From Patescibacteria group bacterium (GTDB lineage: Bacteria > Patescibacteriota > UBA1384 > XYA2-FULL-43-10 > 1-14-0-10-43-13): 64,000 nucleotides of DNA. This document shows, in pieces, positions 29,381 through 38,211 of the stretch (within the stretch, counting starts at the first letter, position 1; every line of letters begins with the position of its first letter). Position numbers and translations under genes: made by a program. Where the stretch lies: the NCBI GenBank assembly GCA_041674765.1, contig JBAYVE010000001.1:134177-198176 (forward strand), in the 5' to 3' direction. The notes under the pieces were generated by a model, which saw nothing but the letters and a program-made list of their open reading frames with translations, ran no database searches and was not told the origin of the DNA.

Positions 29381-30028
29381 TTATATTAAGTATTTTTCTA
29401 ATTCGTCTAAATTATCAACTATCAAATCAGGCTTCAGAGCCGCCAAAAATTCCTTGCTTTGTAACCCAGTCGCTACGGCAGCCGATAATATGCCGGCTTT
29501 TTTTGCCGCTTTGATGTCATTGGCATGATCTCCGACATAAATAATTTCATCCTTCAACACATTATACTTCTCTATGCAATCAAAGAGAAGCTGTTCTTTC
29601 GTCTGTTCAGTATCAGAATGGCAAACGAAATCAAATTCCAAGCGGTCATTGTGGCCGTTTTCTAGGACATTTTGAATCACACCAGTGTTATTGCCTGTCA
29701 CGATACCCAGGATTTTCCCATTCTGCCGCAGTGAAGTAATAAAATTTTGAGCAATAATTTCTACATCAGCAAAATGCTTGGTCATATATTCGATCGTCAA
29801 TTTTTCTACTTCCTGCCAAGAGAGGGTTGTGTCAGGATTATTTTGAACCATCAGCCTGGCATTGCCGGCGACGCTAGAGCCCCAGGCCTGTTCCTCGGAA
29901 ATGCCTTGGAACTTCAAGTTATGTTTTTTATCAAGATCGATCCTAACTTTTTTAAAAATATCAAAAGAATCGATCAATGTCAGATCGAAGTCAAAAATTA
30001 CTGCTTTTACATGTCGTCTTCGATTCAT
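29381..30028 (-). CDS. HAD-superfamily phosphatase
   Basis: IFDFDLTLIDS, VTGN and YVGDHANDIKAAK motifs. Confidence 0.92.
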   Translation of the reverse strand: MNRRRHVKAVIFDFDLTLIDSFDIFKKVRIDLDKKHNLKFQGISEEQAWGSSVAGNARLMVQNNPDTTLSWQEVEKLTIEYMTKHFADVEIIAQNFITSLRQNGKILGIVTGNNTGVIQNVLENGHNDRLEFDFVCHSDTEQTKEQLLFDCIEKYNVLKDEIIYVGDHANDIKAAKKAGILSAAVATGLQSKEFLAALKPDLIVDNLDELEKYLI

Positions 30029-30477
30029 TATTTATTATAAATTACATACGTTTTGGCGATTTTGTCATGAAGCGCCTGCTTTTTGCTATCAAAGCCTGCT
30101 ATGATATAGCCGATAAGCAGAGTAATTGCCGAAATAAATTTTCCAATGATTTCCCGGAGGATTACCGTCCAAACATCAAGTTTGGTGCCATCGTCTCTGA
30201 CAACTTTCAATCCTAGTGCCATCTTACCGACAGTAGCGCCGTAAATTGTGGTCATCGCTACATAGTAAGCCCAGCCCAAGAGCGTTCTCAAATAATATGA
30301 GGTGTTAAAAGAATATGACAGACTTTCACTGGGGGAGAGAAAGGGACTAGTAGGGAATATCAACGCCAATATTGGGCCCAAGACCAAGCCAAGCAGCAGC
30401 CCGTCGATAATCACAGCCAAAAATCTTACCCAGAAGCCAGCATATTTCTGACTATTTTCTTTTTTATCTTTTTCCAC
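30028..30477 (-). CDS. RDD family membrane protein
   Basis: YAGFWVRFLAVIID, TVGKMALGLKVV and QALHDKIAKT motifs. Confidence 0.95.
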   Translation of the reverse strand: MEKDKKENSQKYAGFWVRFLAVIIDGLLLGLVLGPILALIFPTSPFLSPSESLSYSFNTSYYLRTLLGWAYYVAMTTIYGATVGKMALGLKVVRDDGTKLDVWTVILREIIGKFISAITLLIGYIIAGFDSKKQALHDKIAKTYVIYNK

Positions 30478-30602
30478 GACACTCCTTCTTTAGTAGTTGT
30501 TTAGATATAGGATACCAATCTTGGAATTGCTTGTCCAACCTCTTTACAAAAATATTGCCCTTTTATATAGTATGAGCGAACGCTGGCATATGGAGGTTCG
30601 GT

Positions 30603-30935
30603 ATGGAGAGTGCATCGCTATGGGCAGCCATATTGTTGGTTGCTCTCTACCTGGTCTATTTTCTGCTGTGCCGGAAGGGGGAAAAGGGGATAAGGAACGA
30701 GGCGAGGAGTGCCGCTCTGGCAGAAGCCGGTGCATCGTGGACGGTTATCTGCTCTCATGATATTAGACTGACGCCAAAACTATGCTGCCTCTTGCCGATG
30801 GCATGTGTTACCATCGTCTTGGGCAAAAGTCGAAACGGTGAGCCGGTCAACGAGCATGACAGCATCGTCAAAAGGGTCGATGTCAGCGTCTGCCAATGTG
30901 CATGGCGCTCGAGCCACCACATAGTGGAACTATGA
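30603..30935 (+). CDS. Hypothetical membrane-anchored protein (GC-richer)
   Basis: GGAGG RBS, N-terminal TM, followed by its own terminator. Confidence 0.55.
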   Translation: MESASLWAAILLVALYLVYFLLCRKGEKGIRNEARSAALAEAGASWTVICSHDIRLTPKLCCLLPMACVTIVLGKSRNGEPVNEHDSIVKRVDVSVCQCAWRSSHHIVEL

Positions 30936-30948
30936 ACGCTTGCATGTC

Positions 30949-30985
30949 TCCCGGGGAGCCAACCCAGCTCTCCGGGATTTTTTTG
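30949..30985 (+). terminator. Intrinsic terminator
   Basis: TCCCGGGGAGC-loop-GCTCTCCGGGA followed by T7. Confidence 0.85.
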
Positions 30986-31032
30986 ATTATGTAAAAGAGG
31001 AATGATTGAAACGCCCCACCCCGATGGGCTGT

Positions 31033-31929
31033 TTACTTTTTTGTGATAATTAGATAGTTAGCTATGAGGATAAATACACCGCCGATAATGATTGAGAAAG
31101 TGATGGGTTGATGAAAAAATATGGCGGCGAGTATCGTTCCAACCACAGGTTCTAAAAGCATTACGATGCCGGCGCTGACCGTGGGCACTGTTCTCACGGC
31201 TTTCAGATAAAAAACGTTATTAAATAAGACTGCGACCAAGCCAAAAAAAGCAATGGACAGCCATATTTTAAACGGCCAATGGAAGGAAAAATTCATTAGT
31301 GTCGGCTCTACCACAATATTCTTGGCTATGAGGAAGAAAACGACCAAAAATATTGCCATGAAGAGATGACTCACAATATATGTATTGATTGGACTATTAT
31401 TTTTTTTCGAAGCATAACTGCCGATGACTACCCAGAGCGATAAGCCGATTCCGCCAATGAGGGCTATAACTATGCCCAAGAGGCTGCCAATATCGTTTAC
31501 CTGCCACGGGCCGATCAGAAATATTATTCCTATTATCACCAATAAACAGGCAAAAATGTCAAAAAGATGTATTTTTTCTTTTAGGAAGATATGCGAAAGA
31601 ATAACCGTCCAAAGCGGCTGAGTGTATAGAAGCAAAAGTGCGATTGATACCGGAGTGCCGAGAATTACCGATCCAAACTGGCATATAGTGATAACAGCTT
31701 CGACCAGTCCGTAAAGAATAAAAACTGCCAAGAATTTTTTTCTTATTTGCAGTTGTTCCGAAAAAAAAGAAAAGGGGATCATGACTAGCAAAATTACCGC
31801 CAATGGCAAAAGTGAAATTTCAAATAGAGATAAGCCGGTATTCGAGAGAGCTTTGCCGCCGAAAACCACAAAACCGGAGAGGGCTGCGGCTAGGATTAAA
31901 AAGATGTAGTCATTTTTAAAATTATTCAT
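31033..31929 (-). CDS. EamA/DMT family transporter
   Basis: LLLYTQPLWTVILS..FLKEK and LLEPVVG motifs, 10 TM. Confidence 0.92.
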   Translation of the reverse strand: MNNFKNDYIFLILAAALSGFVVFGGKALSNTGLSLFEISLLPLAVILLVMIPFSFFSEQLQIRKKFLAVFILYGLVEAVITICQFGSVILGTPVSIALLLLYTQPLWTVILSHIFLKEKIHLFDIFACLLVIIGIIFLIGPWQVNDIGSLLGIVIALIGGIGLSLWVVIGSYASKKNNSPINTYIVSHLFMAIFLVVFFLIAKNIVVEPTLMNFSFHWPFKIWLSIAFFGLVAVLFNNVFYLKAVRTVPTVSAGIVMLLEPVVGTILAAIFFHQPITFSIIIGGVFILIANYLIITKK

Positions 31930-32533
31930 CTAATTCTTTCAAAATTTTTTTTAGGCGATTATAATAATAGTCATTCGTATTGGAGGCAAGAGGTAAGTAT
32001 AAATCCTCTGTTTCTTTTATATATCTTTCGAATTTTGCCGGATTTAATTCTTTCAGACATAGCGAGCATTCTAAATTATTAGCCCTATCCGATAGTTTCA
32101 CCAGGCATGACTCTTCCGGGGCTTGTTTTAATCTTCTGATAATTTTTTCATTAATAGCCCTCTTCTCTATTTGAGTTAATTTTTCGCTGTTGTCTTCCCT
32201 TGATTTTGTGATTGGTTTGATTATTCCATATATTTCAATGCCGAATTGATCAATGAATCTTTGATCATTCATTTTGGCGTCGTCCTCAATAACATCATGC
32301 AGCAGCGCACCAGCCAAGAGCGATTCAAGGTTTTCTCTGCCAGCAAAATTGGCAGCTAAGTCAAGCGTAACTGGGTAAATATGCTCCTCCAAATATGGTT
32401 TGCCATCATCTCGCTTTTGTTCTTTGTGAGACTTTTTCGCTTGAAGAAGTGCTTTCTTAAAGAGAGGAGATATTGCAAAGTGCTGGTTTGAAAGGGCTGT
32501 TAAAAGTTCTTCTTCGGTCACATACGGTATCAT
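31922..32533 (-). CDS. HD-domain protein, RelA/SpoT-hydrolase (Mesh1/SAH)-like
   Basis: H..QKRDDGKPY..H, ALLHDVIED and VKLSDRANN motifs. Confidence 0.88.
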   Translation of the reverse strand: MIPYVTEEELLTALSNQHFAISPLFKKALLQAKKSHKEQKRDDGKPYLEEHIYPVTLDLAANFAGRENLESLLAGALLHDVIEDDAKMNDQRFIDQFGIEIYGIIKPITKSREDNSEKLTQIEKRAINEKIIRRLKQAPEESCLVKLSDRANNLECSLCLKELNPAKFERYIKETEDLYLPLASNTNDYYYNRLKKILKELDE

Positions 32534-32949
32534 ATAATCCCTTCGTCCTTGAGCATTTGCTTGTGATCAAAGGCTAGTTCCATATTATTAATTTCTTCGC
32601 TCGAAAACCAGCCGATTTCAGAGTTTTCGTGGTTTAGAACAAAATCGTAGCTTTTAAGTTTGCAGCGGTGAGGCAGGCAAATCATTGTCTTGGTAGGATG
32701 ACGGCCGATTTTATCATAATAACGGCCGGTGAATTCAATGTCATAGGCTTCCTGGCCTATTTCCTCCATTACTTCCCGCTTTATAGTATCCTCAATTTCT
32801 TCGCCCCATTCGGCGGTTCCGGATAAGATGCTCCACATATCCGGATAGGCTTTTGAGGTTGCACTTCTCTTGACTAATAGAAATTTGCCCCGACCATTTT
32901 CGATGATTGCATCAATGCCGATCCATGGGTGATCTTGTGCTCTATTCAT
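32530..32949 (-). CDS. Nudix hydrolase
   Basis: Nudix box GTAEWGEEIEDTIKREVMEEIG and C-terminal LAFDH. Confidence 0.93.
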   Translation of the reverse strand: MNRAQDHPWIGIDAIIENGRGKFLLVKRSATSKAYPDMWSILSGTAEWGEEIEDTIKREVMEEIGQEAYDIEFTGRYYDKIGRHPTKTMICLPHRCKLKSYDFVLNHENSEIGWFSSEEINNMELAFDHKQMLKDEGII

Positions 32950-33160
32950 AAATATAACCGCCTTCTAATATTAGATTATCAGTCACAAGATTGATTATCA
33001 ATCGGTTGCTATAATTTCTTTGGTATATAAAAGGGTATACGTATTCGATCTTGGCCCTTTTATCAATACTAGAGCGGTAATTCATGCATATAAGTTTTCC
33101 AAGGTCTTGCATATGACAAGGAATCGGATTAAAAGATAGAAGGTAACTTTAGGGGGTTAT

Positions 33161-33723
33161 ATGAAAAGCATTTTGATCACGGGTGCTCCGGGAAGCGGAA
33201 AAACAACTCTGGCAAGAAATTTGGCAGCCGAACTCGGCTATCAATGTTTTGGCACAGATATTATCAGAGAGATCGCAAGAGTCTTTGTACCACGATCACA
33301 GAACCCTTGGTTTCATACCTCGGCAATTATGGCAGGAAAATACGCCCCAAAGGTTCTGACCCTGTTATTTGGTCATATCAAAAGCAATCAAAAGAAATTG
33401 AGCCATGCCTAGATGCAATTATAAAACGGTTTGGCAAAGAGAATCAAAACGTGATTTTAGAAGGCTCGAATCTTCTCTGCAAATTTTTGAAACCTCCTCT
33501 GGAGAACTCTCTGAGCATAGTGATTAATATTCCTGAAGAGGCTGAGCATCTGAACAGAATAATGGGGCAGAGCGCTTCAAGATCGGTCTATAAGTTAGAC
33601 AATTTTGAAAAAATACGGCATTTACAGAATTATTTCGTTGATCAAGCTAGGCGAAATGGACATCTCGTTATTGATAACATATCAGCTGAAAGTACTATCC
33701 CAAAGATTATCGAACTGCTTTAA
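33161..33723 (+). pseudogene. 2-phosphoglycerate-kinase-like P-loop kinase split by a -1 frameshift (pseudogene, error or programmed)
   Basis: 33161..33412 gives GAPGSGKTT and TDIIRE. The -1 frame continues with VILEG, EEAEH and NFEKIRHLQNY. Junction near 33346-33352. Confidence 0.75.
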
Positions 33724-33747
33724 AAATGCGTGGATATTTTACCTGTA

Positions 33748-34191
33748 CTAGTTAATAATTTCCCCGGGTTTTTCTTCGGGCTGATTTGGTGAATTTGGCC
33801 TCAAATAGAGGGAATCTCGTTCTCTTGATCTCTTTTGTGAAGCGATGAAATCAGCGAGGCCCGTCTGCATAAGAGCAATGTTATGGATAGCCAAATTGAG
33901 GCTATCTATCTGCGCTTGCGTAGGTGTGTGATTTAAGGCCTTATCCAATTCAATTCCTGCGATAATTTCATCTTTTTTTGCTATTTCCGCATCAATTTCA
34001 TTTTGCAACTCAAGGACTGGGTCGCTCATTGCTTCTAGCTCTTGTTGCAGAAGGAAACATGGATTATTTTTCTCTAGAGGCAATATCCCTCGAGTTATTT
34101 TATTTTCTTCACCATCGACCTCTTTGACTTGTGTTTCGAACTGAGGGGGGATAAAACCGTCGCCAAATTTACTTTCAAACCTATTTCCCAT
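33748..34191 (-). CDS. Hypothetical protein
   Basis: AAGGAG RBS, overlaps the upstream EamA stop. Confidence 0.65.
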   Translation of the reverse strand: MGNRFESKFGDGFIPPQFETQVKEVDGEENKITRGILPLEKNNPCFLLQQELEAMSDPVLELQNEIDAEIAKKDEIIAGIELDKALNHTPTQAQIDSLNLAIHNIALMQTGLADFIASQKRSRERDSLYLRPNSPNQPEEKPGEIIN

Positions 34192-35089
34192 AAGTCTCCT
34201 TTCGGTTATTTGCTGCCAAAAAAATTCCGGCGAAAGCCAGACAAGAACCTATAAAAAAACCAAGTCCGATCTTTTCATTTAATAAAAGTATTGCCCAGAC
34301 AATGGTGAAAACAGGCTGGAGATATAATGTCATTGAGGCAATAGTAGCGCTGGCGTTTTTGATAACAAATTGATAAAGCAGATACCAAAGTCCAGTTCCG
34401 ACGATGCCGACATAGGCAGTGCAGAGAAAACCAATCATCGAAAAGTGTCTCAGGGCATCTATATTATCATGAAGGCCAGCGAAGACTAACGGAAATTGCA
34501 AAACAATGGTTGCTATAGCAAAGGAGAGGGTTAGAAAGATTGGCGAACATTTTTTTTGCGATTTTTTGGAAAAGACAGAGTAGAGGGCTTGGGAAAGAAC
34601 AGCCGACATAATGATCAAATTTCCCGTTAAATTGCCATCCAGTGAAGTTTGTCCCGTAATAACCGGAAGCATTATGATGACTAGGGCGCCTGAGAAACCA
34701 ATGATGATGCCGGCAATTTTTTTCTTTGATAGTCTCTCTTGTAATAAAAAGTATGAAAAAATTCCTGCCAGCAATGGCACGGTCGTATAGAGCATCTGAG
34801 CAGAGGAGGCGCTTGCCATACGAATGCCTATAGCGAAAAGAATGACATTGCCGGCGCCAAAAACAGAGGGGATGATTGCGCCTTTTAATTTATTAAAATT
34901 AATCTTTTCCTTTTGTGCCCAGAAAATCGGCGCTAAGATTACCAAAGCAAAGGCAAATCGAAGCAAGGTGAAGGGGGCCGGGGGGATTTCTTGAGTAGCA
35001 ATCTTGACAAAAACAGGGACAGCACCGCCTGCTATTGCCAGGGTTACTATCAATAATACAGCCTTATTGTTGAGGATGAACTTTTTCAT
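34181..35089 (-). CDS. EamA/DMT family transporter
   Basis: 10 TM, LQERLS..KIAG and YLQPVFTIV motifs. Confidence 0.92.
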   Translation of the reverse strand: MKKFILNNKAVLLIVTLAIAGGAVPVFVKIATQEIPPAPFTLLRFAFALVILAPIFWAQKEKINFNKLKGAIIPSVFGAGNVILFAIGIRMASASSAQMLYTTVPLLAGIFSYFLLQERLSKKKIAGIIIGFSGALVIIMLPVITGQTSLDGNLTGNLIIMSAVLSQALYSVFSKKSQKKCSPIFLTLSFAIATIVLQFPLVFAGLHDNIDALRHFSMIGFLCTAYVGIVGTGLWYLLYQFVIKNASATIASMTLYLQPVFTIVWAILLLNEKIGLGFFIGSCLAFAGIFLAANNRKETYGK

Positions 35090-35227
35090 TGCAAGTTAAG
35101 TGTACATAATTATTTCGTATTTTAAAACAAATGGCTGACTTTTGCTTTCCGGATTGTTTCCGATTGAATAAAGGCAGATAATTTGATAGTATTACTTCGT
35201 TTCCCGCATTCTGCTAAAGCGGTAGGA

Positions 35228-35290
35228 AGAGAGTATTTCTTCAAGAAACGTTCTTACTTCAAATAGCTAGAAGAGAATGAAATGATATAA
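35228..35290 (+). pseudogene. Remnant C terminus of a second GIY-YIG gene
   Basis: Reads REYFFKKRSYFK*LEENEMI* versus REFFFKKRSGYKWLKDNNII* in 35376..35618. Confidence 0.8.
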
Positions 35291-35375
35291 TCATGGAGAG
35301 GTTCCCGCATTCCGCCAAGCGGAAGCAGGGACGCCTGCTTCGCCAGTCGGCGAATGCGGCGCGCTATACCGATTA

Positions 35376-35618
35376 ATGTTTTTTACATATATATTAAAAA
35401 GTGATAAAGATAATAAATACTATTATGGCTCAACCGCAAATATAGATAATCGTTTATTGGAGCACAATAGTGGTAAAGTAATAGCAACGAAAAATCGACG
35501 TCCGTTCAAGTTAATCTTCTCTGAAGAATTCAGTACAAGGAGAGAAGCAATAAAGAGGGAATTTTTCTTCAAGAAGCGTTCGGGATATAAATGGCTTAAG
35601 GATAATAATATTATATAA
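35376..35618 (+). CDS. Small GIY-YIG endonuclease (UPF0213-like)
   Basis: FFTYILKS...YYGST..RLLEHNSG...TKNRRPF...EAIKRE. Confidence 0.95.
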   Translation: MFFTYILKSDKDNKYYYGSTANIDNRLLEHNSGKVIATKNRRPFKLIFSEEFSTRREAIKREFFFKKRSGYKWLKDNNII

Positions 35619-35621
35619 TAC

Positions 35622-35711
35622 GGTGGGATCGCATAGTGGCCTAGTGCGCACGCTTGGAAAGCGTGTAGGCGGGCAACCGTCTCCAGGGTTCGAATCCCTG
35701 TCCCACCGCCA
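35622..35711 (+). tRNA. tRNA-Ser(GGA)
   Basis: GGTGGGA/TCCCACC acceptor, CACGC-TTGGAAA-GCGTG anticodon arm, long variable arm, GGTTCGAATCC, encoded CCA. Confidence 0.97.
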
Positions 35712-35735
35712 GCCAAAATATTATCTTGGAAGAAT

Positions 35736-36122
35736 ATGAAAGAACATGATGTCTATGTAAAAAAATCACCTATAGATGGAATGGGTGTATTCGCTGCCAG
35801 AGATTTTAAAAAGGGAGAAACCATACTCAAATGGGACACTTCTGAGACCCTGACCGAAGAACAAGTGAAAGATTTATCAAATGTTTATAAAAAATATGTA
35901 TATTTAATTGACGGCAAATATACCGTTCAACAAGTTCCTGCACGATACGTTAATCATTCACGTGATCCAAATACTACGGTTATAAATTTTTCCGATGTGG
36001 CGATAAAGGATATCAAAAAGAATAACGAGATTACCTCTGATTGTTCCTCGAGTAAAGTCGAAGAACCAATAATTTGCAAATGTGGAAGTAGCAACTGCCG
36101 AGGAATAATTAAGAGAATGTAA
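35736..36122 (+). CDS. SET-domain protein with post-SET Cys motif
   Basis: KSPIDGMGVFA, RYVNHS.DPN, EITSD and CKCGSSNCRG motifs. Confidence 0.92.
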   Translation: MKEHDVYVKKSPIDGMGVFAARDFKKGETILKWDTSETLTEEQVKDLSNVYKKYVYLIDGKYTVQQVPARYVNHSRDPNTTVINFSDVAIKDIKKNNEITSDCSSSKVEEPIICKCGSSNCRGIIKRM

Positions 36123-36218
36123 GTAGTTGAAAGTTCTAGACCACAATGTCCCGCCAAAATATCTTTTAAATTCAAAAAGATTCATGGATAGAAGTGTGCA
36201 ACAACAAGGACTGTTATA

Positions 36219-36731
36219 TTGAATCAAGTAAAACAAAAAAATATTGATTTAAAAAAATTTCTAATTATCTTTTTCTCGTTTGTTTTGCTTTGTTTTGTTG
36301 CAACCATTTTTCTAGTTCAAAATATTAGCTTTGCAGACAACAGCAACCTCAATGCCGAGCAAGTCGTTAAGAGATCGATTTATTGCAAGAACATACGTAG
36401 CGAGAAACAGTTTAAACAGCTTTTAACTTCAAAATGGCAATCTACAAAATTTGTATTCACTGACCGATCTGCCATCGTAGATTTTGGCTATCAGCACATT
36501 CTCAAAATAGAAGAGTTGGATAAGGAAAGGGCCGCTGCAACATATAAGAATCATGGAGTCCCAAAAATTCCTTTTGATATGAAGCTTTTTGTGACTACAT
36601 CTGAACCCAAAAATATATTTGGGCGCTGGTTTGTGACTGATTATTCACAAGCCCAAACTTGGTACGGTCTTGTTAAAGAAAATGAAAATTCCCCTTGGTT
36701 AATCTATGGATGGGGAAATAATAATTCTTGA
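36219..36731 (+). CDS. Hypothetical exported protein
   Basis: N-terminal TM and C-terminal 'LVKENENSPWLIYGWG' (DUF4829-like). Start codon uncertain. Confidence 0.6.
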   Translation: MNQVKQKNIDLKKFLIIFFSFVLLCFVATIFLVQNISFADNSNLNAEQVVKRSIYCKNIRSEKQFKQLLTSKWQSTKFVFTDRSAIVDFGYQHILKIEELDKERAAATYKNHGVPKIPFDMKLFVTTSEPKNIFGRWFVTDYSQAQTWYGLVKENENSPWLIYGWGNNNS

Positions 36732-36925
36732 TTTTCTTAATGAATGAACCTTATCAGAAGAAAACACTTTTTATTTCGTTTAATTTGTCTCATTTGTTGG
36801 CGAAATGAGATACCAAGTTCTTGCTTTTTGTCCCATTTCAAGTACTATTTACACATCTAGAAGGTTGGCTAGTAAAGTTAAAACAATTTTTGGTGATTCA
36901 ATTCACAACAATAGGGAGAATCAAT

Positions 36926-37285
36926 ATGAAGGAACATCTTGATAATAGTGAGTTAGCGCAAGAAAATTTTGTGCTAACTGCAGGAAGATTAATCTCCGAG
37001 ATGGAAAAACATCAAGAAATATTTAGCGCCGGGTTCTCTCCGGGAAGGGGTCCTACTGACGAACAAAGAGCTGAATCTAACCAAGAATGGGAACGGCTCT
37101 ATACGGAATTAATAAATGCATCCATAGTTTTGTTCAGAGAAGTTGGCGGTCAGCAGGCCTATACTGTTTGGCAAGGCGTATGTAAGACTGCTCATCAAAA
37201 ACATAGTTTCGATAGGTTATTGAATGATGACCCTAGATTTATCGGCAAAATTTTAGCTGGAAGTACTGAGAAAGGCATGAGTTAA
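36926..37285 (+). CDS. Hypothetical protein
   Basis: GGGAG RBS before ATG 36926. Confidence 0.6.
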   Translation: MKEHLDNSELAQENFVLTAGRLISEMEKHQEIFSAGFSPGRGPTDEQRAESNQEWERLYTELINASIVLFREVGGQQAYTVWQGVCKTAHQKHSFDRLLNDDPRFIGKILAGSTEKGMS

Positions 37286-37435
37286 ATAATATTGTTTAGG
37301 GTCTTTTTTGTTGCCTAATTGGCTACTTGTGTGCGACTGACCCAGAATAATTACAATCAAAAGAACGAGGGTGATACAAAAAGAATAGTGCAGCGATCCA
37401 AGCAATATTTCGTAGCCTTGTGGTATATATAGATT

Positions 37436-37975
37436 ATGAGAAGTGATGAAATCGCAAAATTAATTCGATCTTATCTCGAGCCTGGAAATCAGATACTAGA
37501 CATTGGTGCTGGCAGTTGTCTTATCGATGATGTTCTTGTCAAAAAATATGGGTTCGATATCACACCAATCGATGTTGTCTATTACAATAAGACTAGCCTT
37601 GAGTTAGTTATTTATGACGGAAAACACCTACCCTTCAAAGACAATACTTTCGATGTGAGTCTTCTAATCTTTGTGCTCCACCACGAAAAGGACCAGAAAA
37701 ATTTGTTGAAAGAAGCAATTAGAGTTGCAAAGAAGCGGATAATTATTGTTGAAGATACGCCCCAAAATTGGTTTGAATATATTCTTTGGTTATTTTGGGA
37801 TCATTTGCTAAACTTTTTTCATTCAACTGCTTTTTCAAAGGCACATAGAGTAGTAAGATGGTTTTCTATTTTTGAAAAGTATAATTTAAAAGTCACTTAT
37901 TTCAAAAACTTTCGCACTTTCTTCCCTGTCTTAAAAACATACCAGCATACTATTTTTGTGTTAGATAAAGTGTAA
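37436..37975 (+). CDS. Class I SAM-dependent methyltransferase
   Basis: ILDIGAGS, LPFKDNTFD and FVLHH motifs. Confidence 0.92.
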   Translation: MRSDEIAKLIRSYLEPGNQILDIGAGSCLIDDVLVKKYGFDITPIDVVYYNKTSLELVIYDGKHLPFKDNTFDVSLLIFVLHHEKDQKNLLKEAIRVAKKRIIIVEDTPQNWFEYILWLFWDHLLNFFHSTAFSKAHRVVRWFSIFEKYNLKVTYFKNFRTFFPVLKTYQHTIFVLDKV

Positions 37976-38211
37976 TTTGCTAGTTTGGTACTGTTGCTTT
38001 AATATTGTTTTGTTTATTAAAAAAAGAGACTCTTGTAAAATTTATTAACGTTTTTCCGGAAAGATGCGAATAGGGTCAGATAGGATAAAAATGTCTTGCT
38101 AAGTAAGGTCTTTTTTTGATATTATTTATAATCGCCTTAGCAATTATAAATCCGTTTTTATCTGTATAATCGCAAGGTATTCAATCACTAAGACAGAAAA
38201 TATTAAAACAA

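Noticed and set aside
35295-35365. Second functional tRNA
   Set aside because: Only a 5'-half-like remnant interrupted by palindromes, with no T-arm or acceptor 3' strand.
35423-35716. 97-aa minus-strand ORF
   Set aside because: It is the antisense of tRNA-Ser and the GIY-YIG gene.
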